DNA from: Candidatus Poseidoniaceae archaeon
GTDB lineage: Archaea > Thermoplasmatota > Poseidoniia > Poseidoniales > Poseidoniaceae
Assembly (NCBI GenBank): GCA_943788295.1
Contig: CALSPS010000006.1
Span: 26,192 to 90,191, forward strand
DNA length: 64,000 nucleotides
Direction: 5' to 3'
The notes under the pieces are model-generated. The model had not been told where the DNA came from, did no database searches, and saw only the letters and a list, made by a program, of their open reading frames with translations. Both the position numbers and the translations under genes were made by a program. Positions 36,992 to 46,627 of the stretch are shown piece after piece (positions within the stretch are counted from its first letter, which is position 1; each line of letters opens with the position of its first letter).

Positions 36992-39268
36992 TCAACGGAC
37001 TTGTGAGCCCGTTGAAATGTCGCCGTCGATCGTGATAAGACGAACGTTGTCGTTCCCATCATCCGCCGCTAACATCATCCCTTCCGAGACGACACCGCGG
37101 AGTGGACGTGGTTTTAGGTTCGCAACAAACACAACCGATTTGCCTTGCATTTCTTCTGGGGAATAATACGCTTTAAGGCCTGCACAAATGGTTCTGCCAC
37201 CTTCTGTCCCGTCATCGATGGTGACCACATACAATCGGTCAGCGTTTGGATGATCTTCGACGTTGGTGATTTTACCGACTCTAAGATCGACTTCCATGAA
37301 TGTTTCAAAATTCAAATATGTTGTTCCTTCTGGTGCTTCTGGCATTTTTTGTTCCTCCTTGGTCTTGTTCTTTCCTTTCTTCCCACCTTTAATGGCGTGG
37401 GTAGCAGAAGTTGACGGTGAATCTTCTTCGACTAAGGCCTGTTCTGATTCGAGAATTTCGTCAAGGTCCAATCGCTTGAACAAAGGAACGGGTTCATCCG
37501 AGTTCCATGTCATTGGCGCCCCCCAATCTAGAGCTGCATTCCAATGTGCATTCGAAACCTCTCCGTCTTGACCGAGTGCTTCCCAGAGCCTTTGGGCGCT
37601 GAAGGGCATGAAAGGTTGAGTGGTGATGGCTAAGAAGCGAGCGATGCGCCAACCAAATGCGAGGTCTGCCAAGGACCGTGATCGTTCATCAGACGGCGTG
37701 TCATCCTTGAGGAACTTCCAAGGCGTTGCTGCCTGAAGCACCTGATTCCCATATTGGGCTGCATTCATGACAAAACGCAGGGCTTCTTTGTAACGGTGCT
37801 TTTCCAGTGAAGCAGTGATGGAAGCATGTAAACTTTCTAATTTCTCTTGGTGAGGTGCAGTGAATTCCTTGGCTTCACAAGGTGCGAGTGGACCGTTCGT
37901 GCTTGTTGGTAGGCGATGGCCGAGTGTGAGGACACGATGGACAAAATTACCGTAGGCAGCGATTAATTCGGTGTTTATTTTTTCCACAAAATCAGGCCAG
38001 TTGAAATCGGTATCATGATTTTCTGGCATGTTGATGCTGAGGTAGTACCTCAACGTATCCGGGTCAAAACGTTCTAAGAATGATGGCAACCATACCGCGT
38101 GTTTTCGAGATTTTGAAAATTGCCCACCTGCCAACATAAGGTACTCCATTGCGGGAACATTGGTTTCTAAGGCCATTTCACCGGGCCCAGGCAGTTGAAT
38201 GGGGTCATCTATCGTTAGCCCTTTCTCGGCTTGGTTAAGGCCGAGGATGAGGGCTGGCCAAATGACAGTGTGAAACGGAATGTTGTCCTTGCCGAGAAAA
38301 TACAAATGGCGTGGTTTTGTTCCATCCTCTGCCACATGCCACCATTGCTTCCATGCATCTTTCCCATCGGGGTGGGATGCACTGGCTGCTACAGATTCGG
38401 CCCAGATGCGCGCACAGGTGGAATAGCCTTGTACGGCTTCGAACCAAACATAGACGCATTTTCCATCCCATTGGTCTTCGTTTAGTGGAAGAGGGATGCC
38501 CCAAGACAGATCTCGTGTGACGGCTCTCGGTCGCAAACCCATGTCAAGCCACTGTTTGGTCATGGCTTTGACATTGGATTTCCATACTTTTTGCTGCCCA
38601 CTTGCATGATGTTCAAGAGCAGTTTGAAACGCATCTAAACGGTAGAAAAGATGCTCTGTGTCCCGAACCTCAATCTTTGCTTCTGGATTCATTTTTGAAA
38701 CGGGTCGCAGCAATTCTTCTGCCTCATACGTAGCACCACAAGCATCACATTGGTCTCCACGTGCGCCATCGGCACCACAAGAGGGGCATACTCCTTCGAC
38801 ATAGCGATCTGGAAGAAAGCGCCCACTGCCGTCTTCGTTTGTTTCATAATATTGCTTCATCGTTTTCTGTTCGAAAAAACCTGCATCAAGCAAGGATGTG
38901 AAATTTTCTTGAACCATAGCTTTGTGACGCTCGTCGGTCGTTCTGTTGAATAGGGCACCACCGTATTCAATTCCGCGTGGATCGATTTGTGGCTCCCATG
39001 AACAACCCAAATTAAGCAACGCTTGAGTGTTTAATGCGTGGTACTGATCCACAACATCTTGAGGTGTAACTCCTTTCTGTTCTGCGGACACAGTGATTGG
39101 TGTACCGTGTTCATCAGAGCCCGACACCATGAGCACTCTATTGCCCAATGACCGCTCAAATCGGGCCTGAATGTCTGGAGGGAGGTAGCATCCTGCGACA
39201 TGGCCGAGGTGAAGTGGTCCGTTGGCGTATGGCCAAGCGACACAAATCAACACATAGTCGTCAGTCAT
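36992..39268 (-). CDS. metG: Methionyl-tRNA synthetase with a C-terminal Trbp111/EMAP-like tRNA-binding domain
   Basis: ORF to 39355; the conserved start MTDDYVLICVAWPYANGPLHLGH is at ATG 39268 (verified). Zinc knuckles (CPSCG...CDACG) are present. A Lys-rich linker (KGGKKGKNKTKEEQK) precedes the OB-fold tail. Confidence 0.9.
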   Translation of the reverse strand: MTDDYVLICVAWPYANGPLHLGHVAGCYLPPDIQARFERSLGNRVLMVSGSDEHGTPITVSAEQKGVTPQDVVDQYHALNTQALLNLGCSWEPQIDPRGIEYGGALFNRTTDERHKAMVQENFTSLLDAGFFEQKTMKQYYETNEDGSGRFLPDRYVEGVCPSCGADGARGDQCDACGATYEAEELLRPVSKMNPEAKIEVRDTEHLFYRLDAFQTALEHHASGQQKVWKSNVKAMTKQWLDMGLRPRAVTRDLSWGIPLPLNEDQWDGKCVYVWFEAVQGYSTCARIWAESVAASASHPDGKDAWKQWWHVAEDGTKPRHLYFLGKDNIPFHTVIWPALILGLNQAEKGLTIDDPIQLPGPGEMALETNVPAMEYLMLAGGQFSKSRKHAVWLPSFLERFDPDTLRYYLSINMPENHDTDFNWPDFVEKINTELIAAYGNFVHRVLTLGHRLPTSTNGPLAPCEAKEFTAPHQEKLESLHASITASLEKHRYKEALRFVMNAAQYGNQVLQAATPWKFLKDDTPSDERSRSLADLAFGWRIARFLAITTQPFMPFSAQRLWEALGQDGEVSNAHWNAALDWGAPMTWNSDEPVPLFKRLDLDEILESEQALVEEDSPSTSATHAIKGGKKGKNKTKEEQKMPEAPEGTTYLNFETFMEVDLRVGKITNVEDHPNADRLYVVTIDDGTEGGRTICAGLKAYYSPEEMQGKSVVFVANLKPRPLRGVVSEGMMLAADDGNDNVRLITIDGDISTGSQVR

Positions 39269-39452
39269 ACTGCTTGTTGGGGTGCATGACCACGACTTAA
39301 ACTCATCATTCGCTCGATATCCAAAAATGACCAATGGGGACGCTCCTGCCCTCACCGACCGAATTCTTCGTGTGAGAACATAGCGTCATTTTGAAGAACC
39401 CACCGGTCTTGGAAGAGAATACACCCGAACGGTCAGGGGCTCTCGAAAGTAC

Positions 39453-40541
39453 ATGGATTACTCAGCAATGGCAGCGGTCGTAACCGCATCTAACGGCACC
39501 GGTGATGGCGACATCACCCTCCTTCTCTTCTATGTATCACTCGCTCTGGGTGTCTCATTTCTATGCTCTATATTGGAGGCAGTTGTCCTTTCAATCCCAC
39601 ACACACAAATTGCAATGTGGGAAAAAAATGGACGAGCAGAAGGCTCTGTTTGGTCTTCTCTAAAATCAGATGATGCTGTAAAACCACTCACTGCAATTCT
39701 CACGCTCAACACCATTGCTCACACGATGGGTGCAGCAGGTGTTGGTTCTGAAGTGGCCAAAATTTGGGGGAGTGAAGTCCTCACCGGCGCCTCAATTATC
39801 CTCACATTGCTTGTTCTCTTCCTTTCGGAGATTATACCCAAGACCTTGGGGACAGCTTACTGGAGGCAACTTGCAAGGCCAACAGGTTGGATTTTGAAGA
39901 ACCTCACCTTCGTTCTTAGTTTCCTTATCGTACCGATTCAAATGCTTAAATCAATTTTACCAAAGGGCGATTACACGCTCGTCACACGTGACGATGTGGC
40001 AGCGCTTGCTGATCTTGGGGAGGAAGAAGGTATCATCGAAAAAGATGAAGAAACAGTCATCCACAATTTGTTAAAATTGCGAGAAATGCAAGTGGGTGAA
40101 ATTATGACGCCCCGTGTTGTAATGACTGCGTTTGAAACAACCCAGACCATCAAATCAGTCCTCGATGAACACAAAATCATTCGTGTATCAAGAATACCTG
40201 TGTTCGATGAATCCGTCGATGACATCTCTGGGATCGTGATCCGATCAGAACTGCTCATGGCAGCAAGCCGAGATGAGTGGGATGTTACCATGGCTGAACT
40301 CAGAAAGGATGTGATGTTCCTTGATGCAAAATCCTCAGTCGATCATGCACTTGAGATGTTTCTGACCGAGCGACAACAGTTCGCAGTTGTCCGCGATGAA
40401 TTCGGTGGTACAGCGGGTCTTGTCACCATGGAAGATGTCTTAGAAACCCTCCTGGGTGAAGAAATCGTGGATGAATTGGATGAAGTCGACGATATGCGGG
40501 AATTAGCTCGTGAGCAAGCCGACTCACAAGAGCAAGAGTGA
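39453..40541 (+). CDS. CNNM/DUF21 transmembrane domain plus tandem CBS-pair protein (HlyC/CorC-like ion-transport mediator)
   Basis: 362 aa; four N-terminal TM helices, two CBS motifs, and an acidic C-terminus without a CorC_HlyC domain. Confidence 0.75.
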   Translation: MDYSAMAAVVTASNGTGDGDITLLLFYVSLALGVSFLCSILEAVVLSIPHTQIAMWEKNGRAEGSVWSSLKSDDAVKPLTAILTLNTIAHTMGAAGVGSEVAKIWGSEVLTGASIILTLLVLFLSEIIPKTLGTAYWRQLARPTGWILKNLTFVLSFLIVPIQMLKSILPKGDYTLVTRDDVAALADLGEEEGIIEKDEETVIHNLLKLREMQVGEIMTPRVVMTAFETTQTIKSVLDEHKIIRVSRIPVFDESVDDISGIVIRSELLMAASRDEWDVTMAELRKDVMFLDAKSSVDHALEMFLTERQQFAVVRDEFGGTAGLVTMEDVLETLLGEEIVDELDEVDDMRELAREQADSQEQE

Positions 40542-41534
40542 TTATTCCCTCTTGCTCAACCATTCAGCGATCAGTTGATTTCTCTCAGGATGGATCTTAG
40601 CACCTGTATGAGTGAGTCCCTTCACGCGATGTGCGGTCAGCAGTTCTGATTCCCCACGCTGTTTGTAGGTCGACAGCAATCGATTGTAATGCTCCATGCC
40701 TAACCGCTGATCTGGCTCTGCTTGGATGCAAAGAACCGGGATGGAAGGTCCACCCCACAAAGGTAAGTCAAATTCATCCATTGATTGGAAATTCCCCCTG
40801 GGCGTAATGGAGGCATTAAACCTCTGAATGAGTCGTCGCCGATAGGTGCTTTTGAGTGAGGGTGGTACGCGCAAAGCAGTGGATATTTCTTCGAGGATGG
40901 GGCTGTACATTGTCATTGGTGACTCCAAAATAAGTCCGCTAAATGATTGGCCCCCGATGCATAGGTCTGGTTGGTTGAGCAGTCTTAAACCCACAAAACC
41001 ACCCATGCTATGCCCGTAATACATCGATGACTGAATCTTATCTGCTTCCACAAGTTGCTCGATGTTCCGACACACACACTCGACTGCTTGCATGGATTTG
41101 TATGCCGACCAAACCGGCGTGGTTTCCGAAGAGCCGTGACTCGGCAATTCAATCATCAGCACATGCCAACCACGCTCAGCAAACCATCGTCCACGATCGC
41201 TCACAGACGATGAGGAGGCTCTCCATCCATGAACTAAAACAAGCAAAGGGGCAGGTGTTTCCTTCCAATGTGAGATGGTATGAACCACACGAGACTCAAA
41301 CGTAAATTTGTGCTGTTGCCAACCCTCTGCTTCGAAGGATGGTTTAGGGCGCCCCGGTGTCAAGAAACTCAGCGAAACCAATGATTCAAGAACAGCATTG
41401 TACAATGAAAAGATTCCTAGCGGAATGATGAAAATGTACGGGAGATTGACAGCGTAGCCACCAAAGAAGGTGGTTATCAACAGCAGAAGCCATAGCAATG
41501 GCTTCGCAAATAGATGTGGCGCCATGTGAATCAA
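40542..41534 (-). CDS. Membrane-anchored alpha/beta-hydrolase
   Basis: 330 aa; two N-terminal TM helices, nucleophile elbow GHSMGG, HGW motif near the oxyanion hole. Confidence 0.6.
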   Translation of the reverse strand: MIHMAPHLFAKPLLWLLLLITTFFGGYAVNLPYIFIIPLGIFSLYNAVLESLVSLSFLTPGRPKPSFEAEGWQQHKFTFESRVVHTISHWKETPAPLLVLVHGWRASSSSVSDRGRWFAERGWHVLMIELPSHGSSETTPVWSAYKSMQAVECVCRNIEQLVEADKIQSSMYYGHSMGGFVGLRLLNQPDLCIGGQSFSGLILESPMTMYSPILEEISTALRVPPSLKSTYRRRLIQRFNASITPRGNFQSMDEFDLPLWGGPSIPVLCIQAEPDQRLGMEHYNRLLSTYKQRGESELLTAHRVKGLTHTGAKIHPERNQLIAEWLSKRE

Positions 41535-41545
41535 TGATCAACGGT

Positions 41546-42466
41546 TCACTTAGGTGAGTCTTCTTTCGAAGCGTCCTTTTTCTTATCGTTTTTCGATTTC
41601 GTGTCGTCTTTGCTAACGTCATCAGATGCAGCACTTTCAGCAAGGGTTGCCTCCTTTTTCACAGCACGTTTCTTAGCAGCATTTTCTTGGCGCTTTTGGA
41701 AGGAGTCACCAAAGTTCGCCATGCTTTCAAGCCGGAGGGCGATCCCAGTGAGTTCTTCACCTTCTGCACGGACATATTTGACGAGGTAAGCGCCGAACAA
41801 CATGTCGTATAGACCTTGGTTTTGGTCGCTGTTTTTCTTAAATCGACCATCAATAATGCGAACTGAAAACAGAATGATACCAAGCACAAGGAGTCCAATA
41901 GCAACCGGGTTGGCTTTGCCAGCAGTGTCGAAGAGATTGCCCATGTTGATAATCACCAATGAAAGTCCCACAAGAGCCATCAGTCCAACTGAATTGACAA
42001 GGAACCCATGCAAGGGGTTAGGCTTAGAGTCAGCTGAGGTGATGTACCTTGTTCTTGACATAAAATTGCCAAGGGTTCGCCCAGTCATGATCGGAATGAC
42101 AAAGACGTTTGTGATGATCATTAAGAGAGCTAGAACAGCGGGGATGGTGGGTGTCGAGCCCATGACTGAAAGGAAAATGGCGGCAAAGAGAACGCCAAAA
42201 TTCCAAATGAAATTCATCAACCAGGCCAAAAACCGGGAGTTTTGCGTAGCAATTTCATACCCTTCCGGGAGTCCGGCAGTGCTTAATTTGGGCTTTTTTG
42301 CACGAGGTGCTTTTGCTGCCTTTGCAGCCTTGACTGGTTTTGCTACAGCAGCTACTGTTTGTGGAATGGGTTTCGCCACTGCCTTTTTGGCTACGGCCTT
42401 GGGGGGCACTTCCTTTGTTTCGCTGCCTGCTGTGTTTGCCTTGTCTAGTAGTCCCATCGTGGTCAC
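41546..42466 (-). CDS. RDD-family membrane protein flanked by Lys/Ala-rich N- and C-terminal tails
   Basis: 306 aa; histone-H1-like AKK/AKP tail (KAVAKKAVAKPIP...AKAAKAPRAKKPK), three TM helices with an RDD-like core, and a C-terminal KKRAVKKE...KKKDASKEDSPK tail. Confidence 0.5.
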   Translation of the reverse strand: MTTMGLLDKANTAGSETKEVPPKAVAKKAVAKPIPQTVAAVAKPVKAAKAAKAPRAKKPKLSTAGLPEGYEIATQNSRFLAWLMNFIWNFGVLFAAIFLSVMGSTPTIPAVLALLMIITNVFVIPIMTGRTLGNFMSRTRYITSADSKPNPLHGFLVNSVGLMALVGLSLVIINMGNLFDTAGKANPVAIGLLVLGIILFSVRIIDGRFKKNSDQNQGLYDMLFGAYLVKYVRAEGEELTGIALRLESMANFGDSFQKRQENAAKKRAVKKEATLAESAASDDVSKDDTKSKNDKKKDASKEDSPK

Positions 42467-43464
42467 TCACCGTTGTATTGTGCGCCAATAGCGCTGTAAA
42501 TTTGGAAATTCTCTGAGGCAACAAAGGCATTGATGTCTGACTCGGCCATGTTCCCGAGTTGACCGTCAACTATGGTGAAGAAAGCAGCCCTCATTTCGTC
42601 ACTTGCATTGTGAGGGTCGCTTCCGACGGCCTCGTAGACTGCGAAATCTTCACTGCCCACAAACGCGGTGACAACCTCTTCTGGCAAATTTGAGCCAAGA
42701 AGGTCGTCAACAATTCCGACAAAGGTGACAAACATGTCATCACTTTGCTCTGTTTCGGTAGAAATTGGTTGTGCTGTAGTCACTTCATCAGACGCGCCAG
42801 CAATCATTGATTGGAGGGACTTTCGTTCAGCCATCAACGTTTCAAGAACTGGCCGCAGTTCTGCAAGAACCTGAGCGTCTCCTGCAACCTTTGCTGCTTG
42901 GTATTCGGGCTTCAAGGAGCGCAGTTCATCCTCAATCATGCTTAATTGAGTTTGGAGTTCATTCCCAACGGTCTCTGATTCAAGAAGTTCGACAACAGGG
43001 GCGTCTCGAACTTCAGAAACTTTTTCTTCGTGTTCTTGCTTGCGCAAAACGATGATGTCTCTGTCAAGTGCATGGCCAAAGCGGTCGGCATAGCGATCCA
43101 GGAGCGACCCGGCATCTGCGGATGAAATCCGGTCAATGTGGCCGTAAATCTGCGGGAGTGGTTTCTCTGAACGCTTGGCCCATAGGTCGCCGTATTTGTC
43201 AGAGCCGGGTGCATCGGAAGATGCAGGGGGGCGATCGTTGTTCCAAACTGATGCCTCCGCAGGTGTAGGGAGTGGCGCATCAGGAAGTGGAAGCGCTGGT
43301 GCTGCAGCCGGTGCGGGTGGCAATGGTAGTGGAGGGTTGCCAGCAGCGGCTCCTGGAGGTGCCGGCATAGGCGGCATACCGGGCAATGGCGGCAATGGAA
43401 GTCCTGGTGTTGGTTCGGCTGGAGCCTTGTTTTTCTTACCTTTCCTCAGACCCACACGGTTCAC
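42463..43464 (-). CDS. Hypothetical protein: polyproline N-terminus, central coiled coil, duplicated C-terminal motif
   Basis: 333 aa; PLPPLPGMPPMPAPPGAAAGNPPLPLPPAPAAAPALPLP. A heptad-like region (LQTQLSMIEDELRSLKPEYQAAK). C-terminal internal repeat FVGSEDFAVYEAVGSD / FVASENFQIYSAIGAQ. 4-nt overlap with the RDD gene. Confidence 0.5.
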   Translation of the reverse strand: MNRVGLRKGKKNKAPAEPTPGLPLPPLPGMPPMPAPPGAAAGNPPLPLPPAPAAAPALPLPDAPLPTPAEASVWNNDRPPASSDAPGSDKYGDLWAKRSEKPLPQIYGHIDRISSADAGSLLDRYADRFGHALDRDIIVLRKQEHEEKVSEVRDAPVVELLESETVGNELQTQLSMIEDELRSLKPEYQAAKVAGDAQVLAELRPVLETLMAERKSLQSMIAGASDEVTTAQPISTETEQSDDMFVTFVGIVDDLLGSNLPEEVVTAFVGSEDFAVYEAVGSDPHNASDEMRAAFFTIVDGQLGNMAESDINAFVASENFQIYSAIGAQYNGE

Positions 43465-43551
43465 CCCTAAACCTGTGGATGGTAGCGCGGTCTTGAACCT
43501 TACCTCAAAAAGTGGTGACGAAAAGCCGAGTTTTCAAAGGAATTATATTCG

Positions 43552-44754
43552 CTATGCAATGACTTTTGCCCATCCTTTGAGAACCAAAAACGTAGCACCT
43601 GCTTCGTGAATTTCAAATTGGTCACCACTGGCCTTATCATACACGTTGTCGCCGAATTGGGCAATTGAATCATCGACCGTCATTTCCACTGTTAGCATGT
43701 CTTGAGTGCTTAATGCGAGTGCTTCATGAAGGGGTGAATATGGATTCGAACCGTCAGGATCAAGCCTCGATAGAGGGAATTCACTCACCCTCATGCCCGA
43801 CTTGCCATGAAGCGATGTAGGCCATCGAATTTGCCGACGAACGTCGATGGTAACAACTTCATCGGTTTCACCCGCCGAACCCAGAACCACTGAAGTATCC
43901 GTTTTGAGCAAATCCAGAAAAAGGGCCTGATGTTTATCGAGGACTCCAAAATTCCCATCCCTCAATCGAGAGGCACGGTCTGGATGATTGACAATGGATG
44001 CGAGTTGTTCGATGGATGTCGGTCCTTTAGTTGATTTTCGACCTTCGCGTTGAGACTGTGACTTCAATCCTTCATGGAGTGTTTTAATCACTTTTTTGTG
44101 ACCCTCATTTTTTTCAGCAATGCCCTGCAATTTAGCAATCATGCCACCCATTCCATCGCGAATTCTACGCGTCCAACCCTCGCTCGAAAGGTCGTGATAT
44201 CGCGCGAGTCCCCCTTTGACATCCACGCCTTCGCCTCTGATGTATGACACCATTTCCCTTCGAGCTTCTGAATCGAGATGGAAGAGCGATGGATCTCGAT
44301 AGTGGAGGTGGAACCCTCTGTGGCCCGAAAAGGTCACTTGCAAGTATTTTTCTTGAAATCCAAATTCTGGTTCAAGAAAGTCATTCCACAACGACCATGC
44401 TTGTTCGTGGATGACTTCGAGCATTCCCGGGAAATCTTTGTCGGTCACACCCGGTAAGTGATCACCGTCTAAATCAAAAATTAAATCAGCACCCAGCCAA
44501 TTTTTATCGGCCATTTTCATCTCAAAAGGGCGCTCCCAATATGCGGTTGAGTAGAAGCAAGAGTGCATTGCTCGGTCTGTAAGGAATTGACGGACCCCTT
44601 GCATATCACTGAATCCCTTGTGGCGGATTGGAGGCGCCCCCCCGAATGGAATGAACATCCATTCTCTGGTTTTCATGCGCGGAGGTGTCCAAAATTCTGA
44701 ACTGCGATAGTATGCACCAAAACGATGTGCAAACCTAGCCCAACCTGTTGCCAA
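43552..44754 (-). CDS. priS: DNA primase small (catalytic) subunit PriS
   Basis: 400 aa; catalytic acidic motif LIFDLDGDH, SGHRGFHLHY. Archaeo-eukaryotic primase fold pattern. Confidence 0.8.
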   Translation of the reverse strand: MATGWARFAHRFGAYYRSSEFWTPPRMKTREWMFIPFGGAPPIRHKGFSDMQGVRQFLTDRAMHSCFYSTAYWERPFEMKMADKNWLGADLIFDLDGDHLPGVTDKDFPGMLEVIHEQAWSLWNDFLEPEFGFQEKYLQVTFSGHRGFHLHYRDPSLFHLDSEARREMVSYIRGEGVDVKGGLARYHDLSSEGWTRRIRDGMGGMIAKLQGIAEKNEGHKKVIKTLHEGLKSQSQREGRKSTKGPTSIEQLASIVNHPDRASRLRDGNFGVLDKHQALFLDLLKTDTSVVLGSAGETDEVVTIDVRRQIRWPTSLHGKSGMRVSEFPLSRLDPDGSNPYSPLHEALALSTQDMLTVEMTVDDSIAQFGDNVYDKASGDQFEIHEAGATFLVLKGWAKVIA

Positions 44755-44807
44755 TAAAGTCCCTCCAATCCACTGAAAGAACGAGGGTTCTTGAACACTG
44801 AGGGCGC

Positions 44808-45017
44808 TTATTCGTTGGTCATCCAGAAACGTTCTTCCGCTTCTCCGACTGATGTTGCGGTGTCTGCACCGGTTGATTCAACGTAGTGTTCCCAGCACAT
44901 GTAGAACTTGCCAACAACCATAGCGTTGCCAAAAGTAAGGCGGACGCCGCATGATTCACAGCGAGGGCCAATTTCACCATTTGGTGCTTGAGCGAGGGTG
45001 ATGTGTTCGTGTGGCAT
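44808..45017 (-). CDS. Small TRASH/L24e-like zinc-ribbon protein (hypothetical)
   Basis: ORF 44808..45116; the internal ATG at 45017 avoids overlap with the upstream gene. The motif CESCGVRLTFGNAMVVGKFYMCWEHY recalls the C-x2-C...FCS-type TRASH ribbon. Confidence 0.3.
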   Translation of the reverse strand: MPHEHITLAQAPNGEIGPRCESCGVRLTFGNAMVVGKFYMCWEHYVESTGADTATSVGEAEERFWMTNE

Positions 45018-45076
45018 TGCTGTCCCCTTGTTTGTGCTGTGGACGCTCAAGTCTTTGAACTTGAGCCTCGTTGAAC

Positions 45077-45571
45077 CTACCAACTGGTTTCTTCCCACTG
45101 TGGTGATTTGCACCATTGAAGTAAATCAAGGGCGACTTCGCAAGATTCTGCAACTTCTGGATTCGCGTCGCCGAGGTGAGCTTCAAGCACATGCATCACG
45201 CTTGGGTCGCCAATGGCCCCCATTGCTTCGGCAGCTTCGTGTCGAACCATGATATGCTCCTGATCGTCGCTGAGCCTTTCGATGAGGGTTGGTAAGGCCG
45301 TAGGATTTTGCATTTGGCCAAGCACATACGCCAATTCATGACGCAACAATGCACTGCTTGATATGAACGCTCCACACAATGCTAAGCATGCTTCGTCTGA
45401 CCCGTCGTTGCGAAGAGAGAACACTGTTCGCATTCTTTGGAACATTGGTGCCGTTTCATCCATCAGGAGAGCCGACCACTCATCGAGTGTTCCTGTGTTC
45501 TGCGGGGGGGCAGGGTCAACCGAACCATATTGGCTCACTCCCGGCGCCCTTTCAGCCATAAAAATCACCAC
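45077..45571 (-). CDS. Half-length deoxyhypusine-hydroxylase (DOHH)-like HEAT-repeat protein with two His-Glu metal motifs
   Basis: 164 aa. SVDPAPP linker-like N-terminus; ALLRHELAYVLGQMQ and VRHEAAEAMGAIGDPSV HE motifs. A C-terminal ESCEVALDLL closely resembles one half of eukaryotic DOHH (E-Z-type HEAT pairs). Confidence 0.6.
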   Translation of the reverse strand: MVIFMAERAPGVSQYGSVDPAPPQNTGTLDEWSALLMDETAPMFQRMRTVFSLRNDGSDEACLALCGAFISSSALLRHELAYVLGQMQNPTALPTLIERLSDDQEHIMVRHEAAEAMGAIGDPSVMHVLEAHLGDANPEVAESCEVALDLLQWCKSPQWEETSW

Positions 45572-46459
45572 TCAGGACTCATTTGAGCCAATAAATTGCA
45601 TCTCTGCAGGATTAAAGGTTTGATCAATCAGACCGAGTTCTTGTCCTTCGGTGATGAATTGGCGGATAGAAGCACGACCTTCTTGTTTGTAATCGATTGT
45701 ACGGTCATTGACGTACATGCTCACGAATTCCTTATTCGTTTCATCGTCAATTCCTCTGCCCCATTTCTTGGCGAATTCAAGTGCTTCAGCAGGTGACTTC
45801 AGAGCATACTCGATGCTCATTTTAGTGTACATGGTGATGTCTTCCATTGCTTTTGAGCCAAGATCACGCCGGACGACATTTCCTCCGAGCGGCATTGGCC
45901 AGCCACCCGTTCGCTCGTTCCACCAAACGCCAAGGTCGATGTGAACGTGGAGGTCGTGTTCAACATAGGTCAGTTGACCTTCGTGAATAATGAGGCCACT
46001 CAAGTAGGTTCCGTCGAGGACTCTTGGAATGATTTCGTCAAAAGGAACAACCGCAACTTCACAATCCCCCCAAGCCAAGCGCAATCCCATGTAGGCACTG
46101 GTCTTCAGGCCCGGAACGGCAATGACATTGCTTCGAACATCTGACTCACTTGCACCTTGCATTGAAACAACCATTGGGCCGTAGCCCTCACCCATCGATG
46201 CACCACAATTCATCAAAGCATAGTTCTCGGAAATTTCGGGGAAAGCGTGGATGGAAACTGCTGAAACTTCGAGATCGCAATTCATTGCACGGTGATTGAG
46301 GGTTTCGATGTCTTGCAATTCGTGGACAAAATTGTAACCTGGTGTTGGAAAGGCCCCGGTTGTCATGGCGTGGAACATAAACGCATCATCTGGGTCGGGG
46401 GAGTGACCAATTCGAACAATTTTGTTGCCGTTTTCATCGAGGGGTAACTGAGCCACCAT
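45572..46459 (-). CDS. mqnD: 1,4-dihydroxy-6-naphthoate synthase MqnD-like (MqnA/MqnD periplasmic-binding-fold family)
   Basis: ORF to 46492; IGHSPDPDDAFMFHAM resembles the MqnD GYSPCPNDTFIFYAL N-terminus. An internal ATG at 46459 is the likely start. Confidence 0.55.
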   Translation of the reverse strand: MVAQLPLDENGNKIVRIGHSPDPDDAFMFHAMTTGAFPTPGYNFVHELQDIETLNHRAMNCDLEVSAVSIHAFPEISENYALMNCGASMGEGYGPMVVSMQGASESDVRSNVIAVPGLKTSAYMGLRLAWGDCEVAVVPFDEIIPRVLDGTYLSGLIIHEGQLTYVEHDLHVHIDLGVWWNERTGGWPMPLGGNVVRRDLGSKAMEDITMYTKMSIEYALKSPAEALEFAKKWGRGIDDETNKEFVSMYVNDRTIDYKQEGRASIRQFITEGQELGLIDQTFNPAEMQFIGSNES

Positions 46460-46627
46460 GGAGGTTCGACAGGCGCGTCCTTGATGAACCAACCGCTATT
46501 TTTTCCTGAGTTGTACAATTCCGACATCTGTGATGCATTCACCGATTTGTTTTCAGTGTTGATTGATTCATCAAAGCCTAAGGGGAGTCATTGTTTGGGG
46601 GTCAAATCAACTGGTTGCATTGCATTC

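Noticed and set aside
43270-43440. GC-rich repetitive stretch (ggtgcxgg units) that might look like a repeat array
   Set aside because: It is the coding sequence for the polyproline/Ala-rich N-terminus of the 42463..43464 protein on the minus strand. It is imperfect and in frame, with no spacer-repeat periodicity, so it is not CRISPR.
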